A stretch of DNA of 64,000 nt from NCBI GenBank assembly GCA_948444795.1, contig CAOJUX010000003.1, positions 3,451-67,450 on the forward strand, in the 5' to 3' direction. Within the stretch, counting starts at the first letter, position 1. Each line of letters opens with the position of its first letter. The translations under genes and the position numbers were made by a program. This document shows, piece after piece, positions 31,725 to 41,979 of the stretch. The notes beneath the pieces were generated by a model, which saw nothing but the letters and a program-made list of their open reading frames with translations, did no database searches and had not been told where the DNA came from. The stretch comes from an uncultured Erysipelotrichaceae bacterium. Its GTDB lineage: Bacteria > Bacillota_I > Bacilli_A > RF39 > UBA660.

Positions 31725-31803
31725 TGTGCAATAGATATATTGGAACTTGGTCAGAGTTGGAAAACAGCAGCCATAACAATCCCTATTTATGTGCACTTTT
31801 TTT
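31725..31803 (+). ncRNA. ffs: small (4.5S-like) signal recognition particle RNA
   Basis: Promoter TTGCAA (31690..31695), 17 nt, TATTAT (31713..31718). Conserved domain IV GGTCAGagttGGAAaacAGCAGCC with a GGAA tetraloop. Closing helix GUGCA (31726..31730) with UGCAC (31792..31796), followed by a T-run. Confidence 0.75.
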
Positions 31804-31815
31804 ATAGGAGTTACC

Positions 31816-32226
31816 ATGAATATAGATGAGATATTATATAATTTAGCAAGGAAAGCAAGTAAAAAAGGTGAAATTCCTGTTTCAGCTATAATAGTTAAAA
31901 ACAATAAGATAATTGCAAAAGCGTATAATCGAAAAAATAAAACTAAAAATATTTTAGATCATGCAGAGATAATTGCTATTAAGAAAGCAAATAAAAAATT
32001 ACATAAGTGGAATTTGTCAGATTGTATTATGTATGTTACATTGAAACCCTGTTCTATGTGTGAACAAATTATTAACCAAACGAGAATATCGAAGATTTAT
32101 TATTATTTGGAAAAACCAGATTATAAAAAAGAATATAGCAATGTGAAATACTTAAAATTAGATAATTTGGAATTTAAGAGCAGTTATCAACAATTATTAT
32201 CAGATTTTTTTAAAAAATTGAGGTAA
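31816..32226 (+). CDS. tadA: tRNA-specific adenosine deaminase
   Basis: HAE (DHAEIIAI) and PCxxC (KPCSMCEQ) zinc motifs. ATG 31816 follows an AGGAG RBS; the track start 31789 lies inside the SRP RNA. Confidence 0.9.
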   Translation: MNIDEILYNLARKASKKGEIPVSAIIVKNNKIIAKAYNRKNKTKNILDHAEIIAIKKANKKLHKWNLSDCIMYVTLKPCSMCEQIINQTRISKIYYYLEKPDYKKEYSNVKYLKLDNLEFKSSYQQLLSDFFKKLR

Positions 32227-32272
32227 TAATTATTTTTTTTTGATATAATTTATAAGTGATTGGAGAACAAAT

Positions 32273-33961
32273 ATGGAAAATTTTAAAGTTTTATATCGTA
32301 AATATAGACCTTCAAATTTTGATGAAATTGTAGGTCAAGAAAATGTGGTAAGTATTCTTAAAAATTCTATTATATTAAATAAAATTTCTCATGCTTATAT
32401 ATTTACTGGACCTAGAGGTACTGGTAAGACTAGTACTGCAAAGATTTTTGCGAAAACTATTAATTGTGATAATCCAGTGGATGGTTTATCATGCAATAAT
32501 TGTAAAAACTGTTTAAATAATTCTAGTTCAACGGATATTATAGAGATAGATGCAGCTTCTAATAATGGGGTAGATGAAATAAGAGAACTTATCAACAATA
32601 TAAAAATAGCTCCTTCTAGTAGTAAGTATAAAGTTTATATAATAGATGAAGTTCATATGCTTTCCCAGAGTGCTTTTAATGCCTTGTTATTAACACTTGA
32701 GGAACCACCTTCTCATGCCATATTTATTTTGGCAACAACTAATATTGAAAGTGTTCCAATAACCGTTTTGTCTAGATGCCAAAGGTTTGATTTTAGAAAA
32801 ATACCAGAAGAAAAAATTGTTAAACAACTTGAGATTATTTGCAAAAAAGAAAATATAAAGTATGATAGTGAAGCAATAGAAGAGATAGCTTATTTGTCTG
32901 ATGGAGGATTAAGAGATGCTTTAAGTATTTTAAATCAGCTTTCTTCTAATGGTGATTTGATAAGTTTGGAATCAGTATTAAGTAATTATGGATCTATTTC
33001 TACTTTGAAGATTAAACAAATAGCTGATTACTATATTAATAGTGATTATAAGAGTTTAAAAAAAATATTTGATGATTTAAATAATATGATTTTTGATTAT
33101 AAATTATTTATTAAAAAATTGATTGATGTTTTATTTGAAAGATATATTGAATTTAAGGAAAGAAAAAATAATAATAAATATTCTCAGATAAAAGATACTG
33201 TTTTTAAACTTAATGATTTAATAAATAAAGTAAATATTAATATTAATCCTTTTTTGTTAATTTTTATGATTTTGATTGAAAATATTGAAATTAATGCTAA
33301 ATCAAATGAAATGACTAATGTTACATTTGAAAATAGCTTAGATAATCAAAAAGTAAAAGTTGAGGAGGAAAAATTAAATGAATTAATTGATGATATTTTA
33401 GAAGAAGAAACAAAAGCTAATATCAAAAAAAATATTAGCAATGAAAAAAATTTGTTTGAGGTTAATAGGAAAAATGAAGAAGATTTAGAGAAAAAAGTTA
33501 AAGTATGTTTAAATAATTGTTTTGTTACTGCTAATAAACAATTTTTAATGAATATGAAAATTTTGTGGGAAGATTATAAAACAAACAAATGTATCAATAA
33601 TGAGTATAAAAATATAATTTTGGATTCAAGTTTAGTTATGGCTTCAGAAAATATTGTAATTCTTTCTTTTGAACAAGATATAATGGTTCATGTTTTTAAT
33701 CAGCATTCTAAAGAAATAGAGGGTGATTTTAATTCTTTGTTTAATAAAAATATTAAAATTATAGCATTATCAAGTGATAATTGGAATGATGAAAAACGTA
33801 AATACTTGGAAAAAATAAAAAAAGGTGAAAAATATAATATTATTGATGAGCAAATTTTAGAAAAATCTGATATAATAGAAGATGAAATTTCTGAAAAAGA
33901 AGAACCAGAAAATTTTGATATAACATCAATATTTGATGATAATAAGTTAGAAGTTAAGTAG
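32273..33961 (+). CDS. dnaX: DNA polymerase III subunits gamma/tau
   Basis: Walker A GPRGTGKTS, zinc module CNNCKNC, and SRC motif (LSRCQRF). Confidence 0.95.
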   Translation: MENFKVLYRKYRPSNFDEIVGQENVVSILKNSIILNKISHAYIFTGPRGTGKTSTAKIFAKTINCDNPVDGLSCNNCKNCLNNSSSTDIIEIDAASNNGVDEIRELINNIKIAPSSSKYKVYIIDEVHMLSQSAFNALLLTLEEPPSHAIFILATTNIESVPITVLSRCQRFDFRKIPEEKIVKQLEIICKKENIKYDSEAIEEIAYLSDGGLRDALSILNQLSSNGDLISLESVLSNYGSISTLKIKQIADYYINSDYKSLKKIFDDLNNMIFDYKLFIKKLIDVLFERYIEFKERKNNNKYSQIKDTVFKLNDLINKVNININPFLLIFMILIENIEINAKSNEMTNVTFENSLDNQKVKVEEEKLNELIDDILEEETKANIKKNISNEKNLFEVNRKNEEDLEKKVKVCLNNCFVTANKQFLMNMKILWEDYKTNKCINNEYKNIILDSSLVMASENIVILSFEQDIMVHVFNQHSKEIEGDFNSLFNKNIKIIALSSDNWNDEKRKYLEKIKKGEKYNIIDEQILEKSDIIEDEISEKEEPENFDITSIFDDNKLEVK

Positions 33962-33974
33962 AGGAGAGATAAAT

Positions 33975-34268
33975 ATGAATATGCAAAGTATAATGGCTCA
34001 AGCTCAAAAAATGCAAAGAGATATTCAAAAGAAAAAGGAAGAAATAGATAATACTATTTTTACTAGTAAGAATGATTTAGTGGAAGTTAAATATAATGGT
34101 AAGAAAGAATTAATTTCTATTAAAATCTTAAATGAAGTCGAAAAAGAAGACTTAGAAATGCTTGAAGACATGATAATGCTTGCAAGTAAAGATGTAATGG
34201 AACAAATAAATAAAATGATGGATGAAAAACTAGGTGCTATTAATTCAGGTTTAGGTGGTTTATTTTAA
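33975..34268 (+). CDS. ybaB: YbaB/EbfC-family nucleoid-associated protein
   Basis: 97 aa with N-terminus MQSIMAQAQKMQRDIQKKKEE, in dnaX-ybaB-recR order. Confidence 0.9.
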   Translation: MNMQSIMAQAQKMQRDIQKKKEEIDNTIFTSKNDLVEVKYNGKKELISIKILNEVEKEDLEMLEDMIMLASKDVMEQINKMMDEKLGAINSGLGGLF

Positions 34269-34271
34269 AAT

Positions 34272-34874
34272 ATGATATATCCTAAAAATATAGAGTGTAT
34301 TAAGGAATTTTATCAGAAGCATCCTGGTATAGGAGATAAAAGTGCAGAAAGAATGGCTTTATCAACACTTGATATGACTATGGAACAAATAGAAGAATTT
34401 ATAAATGCTTTAAAATCTGCTAAAAAAAATATAAGACCTTGTTCTATTTGCGGACATTTAACTGATGCAGAGGTATGTAATATATGTTCAGATGATACAA
34501 GAAATCATAATTTAATATGTGTTTTAGAGGATTCAAAAAAGGTTTTTACTTTTGAAAAGGTTGGTAATTTTAAAGGAGTTTATCATGTACTTAATGGGCT
34601 TATATCTCCCAGTGAAGGGATAGGCTATGATGATATTAATTTAAATTCTTTGATTAAAAGAGTAGAAAATTTAAACCATCCAGAAATTATATTAGCTTTA
34701 AAATCTTCAATAGAAGGAGATACAACTACTCTTTTTATTAAAAAAATATTTGAAAATAAAGATGTAATTATTTCAAGATTAGCTCATGGTATTCCAATGG
34801 GTGCAGAAATAGATTATATGGATATGTTAACTATAAATAAAGCTTTAGAAGATAGAAAACAGATATCTGAATAA
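34272..34874 (+). CDS. recR: recombination protein RecR
   Basis: C4 zinc finger CSICGHLTDAEVCNIC plus a Toprim domain. Confidence 0.95.
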   Translation: MIYPKNIECIKEFYQKHPGIGDKSAERMALSTLDMTMEQIEEFINALKSAKKNIRPCSICGHLTDAEVCNICSDDTRNHNLICVLEDSKKVFTFEKVGNFKGVYHVLNGLISPSEGIGYDDINLNSLIKRVENLNHPEIILALKSSIEGDTTTLFIKKIFENKDVIISRLAHGIPMGAEIDYMDMLTINKALEDRKQISE

Positions 34875-34913
34875 AAACTTATGTTTTTCATAGAATTATT
34901 TTAGGTGGTTCTA

Positions 34914-35099
34914 ATGAAAAAATTAATTAACGTAGTTAAAAAAGTAATATTTGCTTTCTTATTAATTTATGGGTTTGATATATTAATTTGTTCTTTTAAT
35001 GTGTTAATACCTTTAAATTTTTTTACTATTTCAACTGTTAGTATTTTAGGAGTTCCAGGCTTTGCAGCATTATTGGTAGTTTTTTTTGTAGTAAGGTGA
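34914..35099 (+). CDS. bofA: BofA-like membrane protein (pro-sigma-K processing inhibitor family)
   Basis: Two-TM small protein with the motif ILGVPGFAALLV, positioned after recR as in B. subtilis. ATG 34914 lies 5 nt after an AGGTGG RBS. Confidence 0.65.
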   Translation: MKKLINVVKKVIFAFLLIYGFDILICSFNVLIPLNFFTISTVSILGVPGFAALLVVFFVVR

Positions 35100-35104
35100 T
35101 TTTT

Positions 35105-35908
35105 ATGATAAAAAATAGTAATATTAATTTATTAAAAAATAAGTATGATGAGAATAAATTGTCTCATGTTTTTTTAATTGAAACAAATAATCAAAACTTT
35201 GTTCTTAATGACATAATTGAATTTATCAAATATATTAATTGTGAAAAAAAATATAAAGATAATTGTAAATTATGTAATTTGTGTAATTTAATAGATAAAA
35301 ATATTTTGCCTAATTTGAAAATTATTTATCCTGATGGACAAGCTATAAAAAAAGAGCAAATGGAAACTTTGAAAAATGATTTTTCTCATATGCCTTTTAT
35401 TTCAAAATATAATGTTTATATTATTAATGAAGCAGAAAAATTAAATCAATCTAGTGCTAATGCTATTTTGAAATTTATAGAAGAGCCTGAAGATAATATA
35501 ATAGGATTTTTAATAACTAACAATAAAGATAATATTATTTCTACAATTAAAAGTAGGTGTGATGTTTTTAATGCTTATTATGAAAAAAATGATAGTATTT
35601 TAAATATTAATGAAAATTTGATTGAGAATTATATAATAAATATTGAAACTAATATAAAAAATAGTATATTAATTAATAAAATTATAGTAGAAAAAAAATT
35701 AGAAAAAAATGAAATTGTGGATTTTTTTAAATATATGTTGAATTTTTATCAAAATTTATTAAATGAAAATGAAAATAAGTATAAATTAGAACTTAAAGAT
35801 ATTTTAAAAAGAATAAATATTATAGATGATATATTGGATAAATTGAATTATAATGTTAATATTAATTTGTTATTAGATTATTTTATAATTAGTTTGGAGG
35901 ATGCATGA
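35105..35908 (+). CDS. holB: DNA polymerase III delta' subunit
   Basis: Clamp-loader fold landmarks (degenerate P-loop region, CxxC cluster, SRC-like KSRCD), in a position equivalent to B. subtilis holB. Confidence 0.8.
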   Translation: MIKNSNINLLKNKYDENKLSHVFLIETNNQNFVLNDIIEFIKYINCEKKYKDNCKLCNLCNLIDKNILPNLKIIYPDGQAIKKEQMETLKNDFSHMPFISKYNVYIINEAEKLNQSSANAILKFIEEPEDNIIGFLITNNKDNIISTIKSRCDVFNAYYEKNDSILNINENLIENYIINIETNIKNSILINKIIVEKKLEKNEIVDFFKYMLNFYQNLLNENENKYKLELKDILKRINIIDDILDKLNYNVNINLLLDYFIISLEDA

Positions 35909-36699
35909 TGATATATGGTGTAAAGTTTTCAAGCAATGGAAAAGTATATTATTTTAATGGAAAAAATAAAAAATATAATAAAAATATTAATGTTATAGTA
36001 GAAACAGATAAAGGATTACAATATGGTAAAGTTGTAGGAATTATAAATGAAGAAAAATTACTAAAAGAAGAATTAAAAGATATAAAAGATATAATTAGAT
36101 CAACTACTAAAAAAGATTATAATAATTATTTAAATAATCTAAAAGATGCTTCTAATGCTTTAAAAAAAGGACAAGAGTTAGCAAATGAATTAAATTTAAA
36201 AATGAAATTTTTAAATTGTGAATTTACTTTTGATAGAAAGCAGCTTTTGTTTACTTTTATAGCTGATGATAGAATAGATTTTAGAACTTTAACTAAGAAA
36301 TTAGCAGCTATTTATAAAACAAGAATAGAGCTAAGACAAATAGGTACAAGAGATAAAGCTAGTAATGTGGGGGGAATTGGACCGTGTGGAAGAGAATTAT
36401 GTTGTACTAGTTTTTTGAAAAAATTAGGTTCTGTTTCAATTAATATGGCTAAAAATCAAAATTTGGCTTTGAATCCTAATAAAATAAATGGTTTATGTGG
36501 AAGATTATTTTGTTGTTTAGAGTATGAAGATGGGGAATATACAAAAATGAGAAAAGGTTTGCCAGTAGTTGGCAATACTATTAAACATAATGGGGTTTTT
36601 AAGAATGTTATAGAAGTTGATATATTGAATAGAATAATAACCGTTGTTGATGAAAAAGGAAACATAGAAAAAGTGGAATATAATGAAAGTATTAAATGA
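35905..36699 (+). CDS. ricT: PSP1-domain protein YaaT/RicT
   Basis: PSP1 C-terminal Cys cluster GPCGRELCCTSF...GLCGRLFCCLEYE; holB-yaaT order. Confidence 0.88.
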   Translation: MMIYGVKFSSNGKVYYFNGKNKKYNKNINVIVETDKGLQYGKVVGIINEEKLLKEELKDIKDIIRSTTKKDYNNYLNNLKDASNALKKGQELANELNLKMKFLNCEFTFDRKQLLFTFIADDRIDFRTLTKKLAAIYKTRIELRQIGTRDKASNVGGIGPCGRELCCTSFLKKLGSVSINMAKNQNLALNPNKINGLCGRLFCCLEYEDGEYTKMRKGLPVVGNTIKHNGVFKNVIEVDILNRIITVVDEKGNIEKVEYNESIK

Positions 36700-37387
36700 T
36701 TTATATGATTATGAAAATTATAAAATCTATCAAGATGATAAAACTTTTAAATTTTCTTTAGATAGTATTTTACTTGCTGAGTTTGTAGTTTTGAAAAAAA
36801 ATGATAAAGTATTAGAGCTTTGCACGGGAAATGGTGCATGTTCTTTGATTTTGTCTTATTATTACTCAAATGAAATAGTTGGCTTTGAAATTCAAGAAAA
36901 CATATACAAATTGGCCTTAGAAAGTATTCTATATAATAAAAAAGATAAGCAAATAAGAATTATAAATGATAATATAATAAATATAAAAAAATATTTCCCG
37001 GGAAATATTTTTGATGTTATTTTATGTAATCCACCATATTTTAAATATAGTGATAATTCTTTGATTAATAAAAATCGATCTTTAGCAATAGCTAGACATG
37101 AAATAGAAATAAACTTAGAAGAAATATTTAAAATAGTTGCTTATGCTTTAAAAAGTAATGGTTTTTTTTATATTAGCCATATTCCTGAAAGGTTAGAAGA
37201 AATTTTTTATTTATGTGAAAAATACCAAATAATAGCTAAAAGTGTTCAATTTATTTATACAAAAAGGGAAAAAAATGCTAATATAGTCTTAATTAAATGT
37301 ATTAAGGGAGCTAAAAATAGTTTAAATGTGGCAAAACCAATATATTTGGAGAATATAAAAACTTATAAAAATATATTAAGGAGGTAA
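36683..37387 (+). CDS. N6-adenine-type SAM methyltransferase (YabB / tRNA m6A37 MTase-like)
   Basis: SAM motif LELCTGNG and NPPY (CNPPYFKY). Confidence 0.8.
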   Translation: MKVLNDLYDYENYKIYQDDKTFKFSLDSILLAEFVVLKKNDKVLELCTGNGACSLILSYYYSNEIVGFEIQENIYKLALESILYNKKDKQIRIINDNIINIKKYFPGNIFDVILCNPPYFKYSDNSLINKNRSLAIARHEIEINLEEIFKIVAYALKSNGFFYISHIPERLEEIFYLCEKYQIIAKSVQFIYTKREKNANIVLIKCIKGAKNSLNVAKPIYLENIKTYKNILRR

Positions 37388-37391
37388 GAAT

Positions 37392-37940
37392 ATGAAGTTA
37401 GTAATTGGTTTAGGTAATCCAGGATCATCATATGAAAATACCAGACATAATATTGGATTTATGGTTATTGATAATTATTTAGAAAATATAGCATGGAAAC
37501 AAAAATTTTTAGGAGAGTATTGTGAAATTGAGTATAAAGGCAAAAAAGTAATATTTTTAAAACCTTTGACATATATGAATAATTCGGGAGAATGTGTATC
37601 AAAATTTGTAAATTATTTTAAAATTGATATAAGTGATATTTTAGTTATACAAGATGATATGGATTTGAATATAAGTACTTTTAAATTAAAGAAAAATAGT
37701 TCATCAGGTGGACATAACGGAATAAAATCAATTATCAGTGCTTTAAAAAGTGATGGTTTTTTAAGATTAAAAATTGGTATTTCTCATGCTGATAATAACA
37801 TAAATCATGTTTTGGGTAAGTTTTCTAAAAAGGAAATGGAAATACTTAATAGAAATTTTAACTTGTACAATCAAATAATTGAATCATTTTTAGAAAATAA
37901 TAATGATAAGGTAATAAATGATTTTAATGGTAGGAGATAA
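37392..37940 (+). CDS. pth: peptidyl-tRNA hydrolase
   Basis: N-terminus VIGLGNPGSSYENTRHNIGF and the GHNG motif. Confidence 0.95.
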   Translation: MKLVIGLGNPGSSYENTRHNIGFMVIDNYLENIAWKQKFLGEYCEIEYKGKKVIFLKPLTYMNNSGECVSKFVNYFKIDISDILVIQDDMDLNISTFKLKKNSSSGGHNGIKSIISALKSDGFLRLKIGISHADNNINHVLGKFSKKEMEILNRNFNLYNQIIESFLENNNDKVINDFNGRR

Positions 37941-37942
37941 AT

Positions 37943-40900
37943 ATGATTTTTTTAAATGAATTATTCTCATTAAAAGAAAATGTTCATGTAACTGGTCTTA
38001 CTAAAGAATTAAATGTATTATATATAATTAATAAATTTAATAATAGTGATGATAATATATTAGTTGTGACTAGTAGTTTATATGAAAGTAATATGCTTTA
38101 TACTTCTTTATGTACATATTTAAACGATGTACTTATTTTTCCCATGGATGATTTTATAGCTACAATGTCTCTGGCGGTTTCTCCAGATTTAAAAGTTAAA
38201 AGACTAGAAACTTTAAAGAAAATAAAAAGTGGTAAACATATTATTGTTACTAATTTGAATGGATTTTTAAAATTTTTACCAGTAAAAAGTAAAGAAGAAC
38301 AAGATAACTTAGAGTTGAAAGTAAATATGGATATTTCACGAGATGAAATAGTTAATCTTTTGGATAAATTTGGATATACGAAAGATACATTGGTAACTAA
38401 TACTGGTACTTATGCGGTTAGAGGTTTTATTTTAGATATTTTTTTAATTGATGAAGATCATCCAATACGTATCGAATTTTTTGGAGAAACTATAGAAACT
38501 ATCAAATATTTTGATGAAGAGTCGCAGCTTACTTTTAAAAATATAGATAAATTTACTATTTTACCTTTTACTGAAATGGAAACAGAAGAAAAAAATTGTT
38601 TGTATGATTATTTATCTAATCCAATTGTTTTTTTTGTTGATTATCAACAAATTGAAGCGGCTTATCATAAACTTTGTGAAGATATCGTTGATTATAAAGA
38701 GGCAAATGAGATAGATAAAGATAAAAAATATATGTTTGAGTTACAAGAAATAAATATAAAACGAGAAATATATTTAGATAATTTAAATAATAATAGTAAA
38801 GGTATTTCATATAATTCTTATGAAATTGAAAGTTATAATGGTAATTTTGAGTTATTAGAACAAAATATTAATACTTATTTAGATAATGGTAAAACTATAA
38901 TTTTTTGTCTTTCTAAACAACAACAAATTAATTTAATTAAAGAACATTTTAGTGTAGTTGAAATTAAAGATAAGTATATAAATGGTGCTATTAATGTTTA
39001 TAAAGGTACTATTAATAAAGGGTTCGTTATAGATAATTTAGTTTTTATATCAGAACATGATATTTATAATACGCATGAAAATGCAATAAAATATAGAAAT
39101 TCTTTGAAAGTTGGCAAAAGGATTAATTCACTTAATGGAATAAATTTAGGGGATTACGTAGTTCATAGAATACATGGTATAGGAATATATAATGGTGTTG
39201 TTACTTTAGAACAAAGAGGAATAAAAAAAGATTATTTACAGATTAATTATTTAGGAAATGATAAAGTTTATATTCCTGTTGAGAAGATATCAAATATATA
39301 TAAGTATACTGATAAAGATGGTTTAAAACCTAAAGTTAATAAGTTAAATAGTACATCTTGGGAGATAAAAAAACGTCAAGCTCAAAAAAAGATTAAAGAT
39401 ATTTCAGAAGAATTAATGAAGTTATATGCTGTTCGGAATAATATAAAAGGTGAAAAGTATAAAGATTATGCAGAAGAGGATATTTTTGCTTCTTTGTTTC
39501 AATATAAAGAAACTAAAGACCAATTAAAAGCTATTAGTGATATTCAAAATGATCTTAGAAGCTCTGTGCCAATGGATAGGTTACTTTGTGGTGATGTAGG
39601 TTTTGGTAAAACAGAGGTAGCTTTCAGGGCAATGTTTAAGACGGTTTTAAATAATCATCAAGTTTTATATTTATGCCCTACAACTATTTTATCTAAACAA
39701 CAATATAATTCAGCTTTAGAAAGATTTAAAGATTATCCAATCAGTATAGATCTTTTAAATAGATTTACATCTCAAAAAGAGGTTAAGAGAATATTAGAAG
39801 ATTTAAAAAATGGTAAAATTGATATTTTATTTGGAACTCATAGATTACTTAGTGATGATATAAAATGTAATAATATGGGTTTATTAGTAGTAGATGAAGA
39901 GCAAAGGTTTGGGGTAACACACAAAGAAAAGATTAAGTCTTTTAAAAATGATGTTAATGTTTTAACACTTTCAGCAACACCAATACCTAGAACGCTTAAA
40001 ATGGCAATGAGTGGTCTTAGAGATTTATCAATAATTGATACTCCCCCAGTTAATAGATATCCAGTTCAAACTTATGTTGTAGCTGATAATGAATTGATTG
40101 TAAAAGATGCTATATATAAAGAGTTATCTAGGAAAGGGCAAATATTTATTTTATATAATAAAATAGCTTCTATTGAAGACTTTGCGAGTAAGTTACGTAA
40201 GTTAATACCAGAGGCAAGAATTCGCTATGCTCATGGGAGAATGACTAAAACGGAACTTGATAATATTATGGCTTCTTTTATAGCTTATGAATTTGATATT
40301 TTAGTTTGTACAACTATTATTGAAACTGGTATTGATATACCTAATGCTAATACTTTAATTATATATGATGCTGATCATTTTGGTTTAAGTCAATTATATC
40401 AATTACGTGGTAGAGTTGGTAGAAGTAATAGAATTGCTTATTCTTATTTACTTTATAATAAAAGTAAAGTATTAAATGATATTGCTGTTAAGAGATTATC
40501 TGCTATTAAAGATTTTACGGAACTTGGTAGTGGTTATCGTATAGCAATGAGAGATTTATCTTTAAGAGGAGCTGGAGATATTTTAGGCAGTGAGCAAGCA
40601 GGATTTATTGAAAGTATAGGGCTTTCTCTTTATATGAAAATGGTAGAAGAAGAGATTAAACGTTTAAATGGAGAAGAAGTAGAAGAAGATGATGAATCTA
40701 ATTCATTAATTAATGTTGAAACTCATATTTCTGATGATTATGTAAGTGATGAAGATATAAAAATTGAAATTCATCAATTAATTAATGAAATTAAAGATAA
40801 AGAAACATTACAAAATATTAAAGGTATTTTAGAAGATAGATTTGGTACTATAACAGAGGAAATAGAAATATATATGATGGAAGAGTGGTTTTCGGCACTT

Positions 40901-41158
40901 GCTAAAAAACTTAATATTGAACGTGTTAATCAAACGGATAAATTAATTGAAGTAGAAATACCAGAAGAGGTTTCTAGTAAATTAAAAGGAGATAAATTAT
41001 TTTTGGAATCTTATAATATAAATCCTAATTTTACTTTTAAATATTTAAATAAAAAGATTATTATTAAATTAATTTTTAAAAAAGAGGATAAACATTTCTT
41101 ATATTATTTAATACCATTACTTGATAATATTTATGAAGATGTTAAAAACTTAGAATAA
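37943..41158 (+). CDS. mfd: transcription-repair coupling factor
   Basis: 1071 aa; CarD-like segment; helicase motifs GDVGFGKTEV, DEEQRFG, QLRGRVGRS. Confidence 0.97.
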   Translation: MIFLNELFSLKENVHVTGLTKELNVLYIINKFNNSDDNILVVTSSLYESNMLYTSLCTYLNDVLIFPMDDFIATMSLAVSPDLKVKRLETLKKIKSGKHIIVTNLNGFLKFLPVKSKEEQDNLELKVNMDISRDEIVNLLDKFGYTKDTLVTNTGTYAVRGFILDIFLIDEDHPIRIEFFGETIETIKYFDEESQLTFKNIDKFTILPFTEMETEEKNCLYDYLSNPIVFFVDYQQIEAAYHKLCEDIVDYKEANEIDKDKKYMFELQEINIKREIYLDNLNNNSKGISYNSYEIESYNGNFELLEQNINTYLDNGKTIIFCLSKQQQINLIKEHFSVVEIKDKYINGAINVYKGTINKGFVIDNLVFISEHDIYNTHENAIKYRNSLKVGKRINSLNGINLGDYVVHRIHGIGIYNGVVTLEQRGIKKDYLQINYLGNDKVYIPVEKISNIYKYTDKDGLKPKVNKLNSTSWEIKKRQAQKKIKDISEELMKLYAVRNNIKGEKYKDYAEEDIFASLFQYKETKDQLKAISDIQNDLRSSVPMDRLLCGDVGFGKTEVAFRAMFKTVLNNHQVLYLCPTTILSKQQYNSALERFKDYPISIDLLNRFTSQKEVKRILEDLKNGKIDILFGTHRLLSDDIKCNNMGLLVVDEEQRFGVTHKEKIKSFKNDVNVLTLSATPIPRTLKMAMSGLRDLSIIDTPPVNRYPVQTYVVADNELIVKDAIYKELSRKGQIFILYNKIASIEDFASKLRKLIPEARIRYAHGRMTKTELDNIMASFIAYEFDILVCTTIIETGIDIPNANTLIIYDADHFGLSQLYQLRGRVGRSNRIAYSYLLYNKSKVLNDIAVKRLSAIKDFTELGSGYRIAMRDLSLRGAGDILGSEQAGFIESIGLSLYMKMVEEEIKRLNGEEVEEDDESNSLINVETHISDDYVSDEDIKIEIHQLINEIKDKETLQNIKGILEDRFGTITEEIEIYMMEEWFSALAKKLNIERVNQTDKLIEVEIPEEVSSKLKGDKLFLESYNINPNFTFKYLNKKIIIKLIFKKEDKHFLYYLIPLLDNIYEDVKNLE

Positions 41159-41204
41159 AAAATAATAAGTTACTCACACTATAGATTAGAGGAGTGATTA
41201 GCTT

Positions 41205-41726
41205 TTGAAGTCATTAGGTGTAGTAAGAAGAATAGATGAACTTGGTAGAATTGTTCTGCCTAAGGAAATTAGAAGAAATTTAGGTATTAGAGATGGAGAA
41301 AATTTAGAAATATTTGTTGAAGATCAGACGATTGTTTTAAAAAAATATTCAAAACTTAAGGATTATAATGATATTATTGAAAGTATTTGTGAACTTACTA
41401 ATAATATATATAATATAAATTTTATAGTTACAGATAGAGATAAAGTTATATATGCAAAAAATCAAGAACAAATAGTAAGTAAAGATTTAGATGATGTGAT
41501 GTTATCTTTAATTCATAATAGAGAAAGTGTAAATAATACTGATTTAATGGAAATAAAATTTGGAAATGAAAAATTAATTGGTTATTTTAATATTTTACCA
41601 ATTATATCTTCAATTGATTGTTTAGGTTTAATAATGATTTATAGTGATATAAAACTAAAAGAAGAATATTTTAATATTTTAAAACTTTTAGCAAGTATTA
41701 TTGTAAATAAAATAGATATCTCTTGA
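41205..41726 (+). CDS. spoVT: stage V sporulation protein T (AbrB-family regulator with GAF-like C-domain)
   Basis: SpoVT/AbrB N-domain GVVRRIDELGRIVLPKEIRRNLGIRDGENLEIF; 173-aa length; position after mfd. Confidence 0.88.
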   Translation: MKSLGVVRRIDELGRIVLPKEIRRNLGIRDGENLEIFVEDQTIVLKKYSKLKDYNDIIESICELTNNIYNINFIVTDRDKVIYAKNQEQIVSKDLDDVMLSLIHNRESVNNTDLMEIKFGNEKLIGYFNILPIISSIDCLGLIMIYSDIKLKEEYFNILKLLASIIVNKIDIS

Positions 41727-41761
41727 CTAATTTAATTATTTTATGATAAATTATTTGTAGT

Positions 41762-41960
41762 TAACTGTGAAGGAAAGAGTAATAATAAATACTTATATAG
41801 AGAGATTCTAAAATGGTGGAAAGAATTTAAGTTTTTATTATGAAGATGGGTCTGGAGTTGAAGAACGTATTTCTGCGTTAAAGAATAAAGTGTATGGTTA
41901 TCTCATAAAATAAGGTGGTACCACGGGCAAATGCTCGTCCTTATATTTATGAGTTTTTTA
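41762..41960 (+). promoter_or_regulatory. T-box leader (methionine specifier) controlling nudix-metG
   Basis: AGAGAG box at about 41800. Candidate specifier AUG-A at 41840..41843. T-box sequence AAGGTGGTACCACGGG at 41912..41927. Terminator helix ctcataaaataagg / ccttatatttatgag plus a T-run ending at 41959. Putative promoter TTGACT at 41723. Confidence 0.75.
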
Positions 41961-41979
41961 TATTTGGAGGTGATTATAG

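Noticed and set aside
31292-31815. Expectation of an rRNA operon or tRNA genes downstream of gyrA, as in many Firmicutes.
   Set aside because: I read the spacer on both strands. It contains only parS sites, a terminator and the small SRP RNA, with nothing resembling 16S 5' sequence or tRNA cloverleaf arms.
31719-31904. 61-aa minus-strand ORF, and the 31789 ATG as the start of tadA.
   Set aside because: Both overlap the SRP RNA and its terminator. tadA has a properly spaced AGGAG RBS for ATG 31816.
32273-33961. Programmed ribosomal frameshift in dnaX (gamma/tau).
   Set aside because: I found no convincing A-AAA-AAG type slippery heptamer with a downstream structure at an appropriate position. 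A-runs are ubiquitous in this genome.
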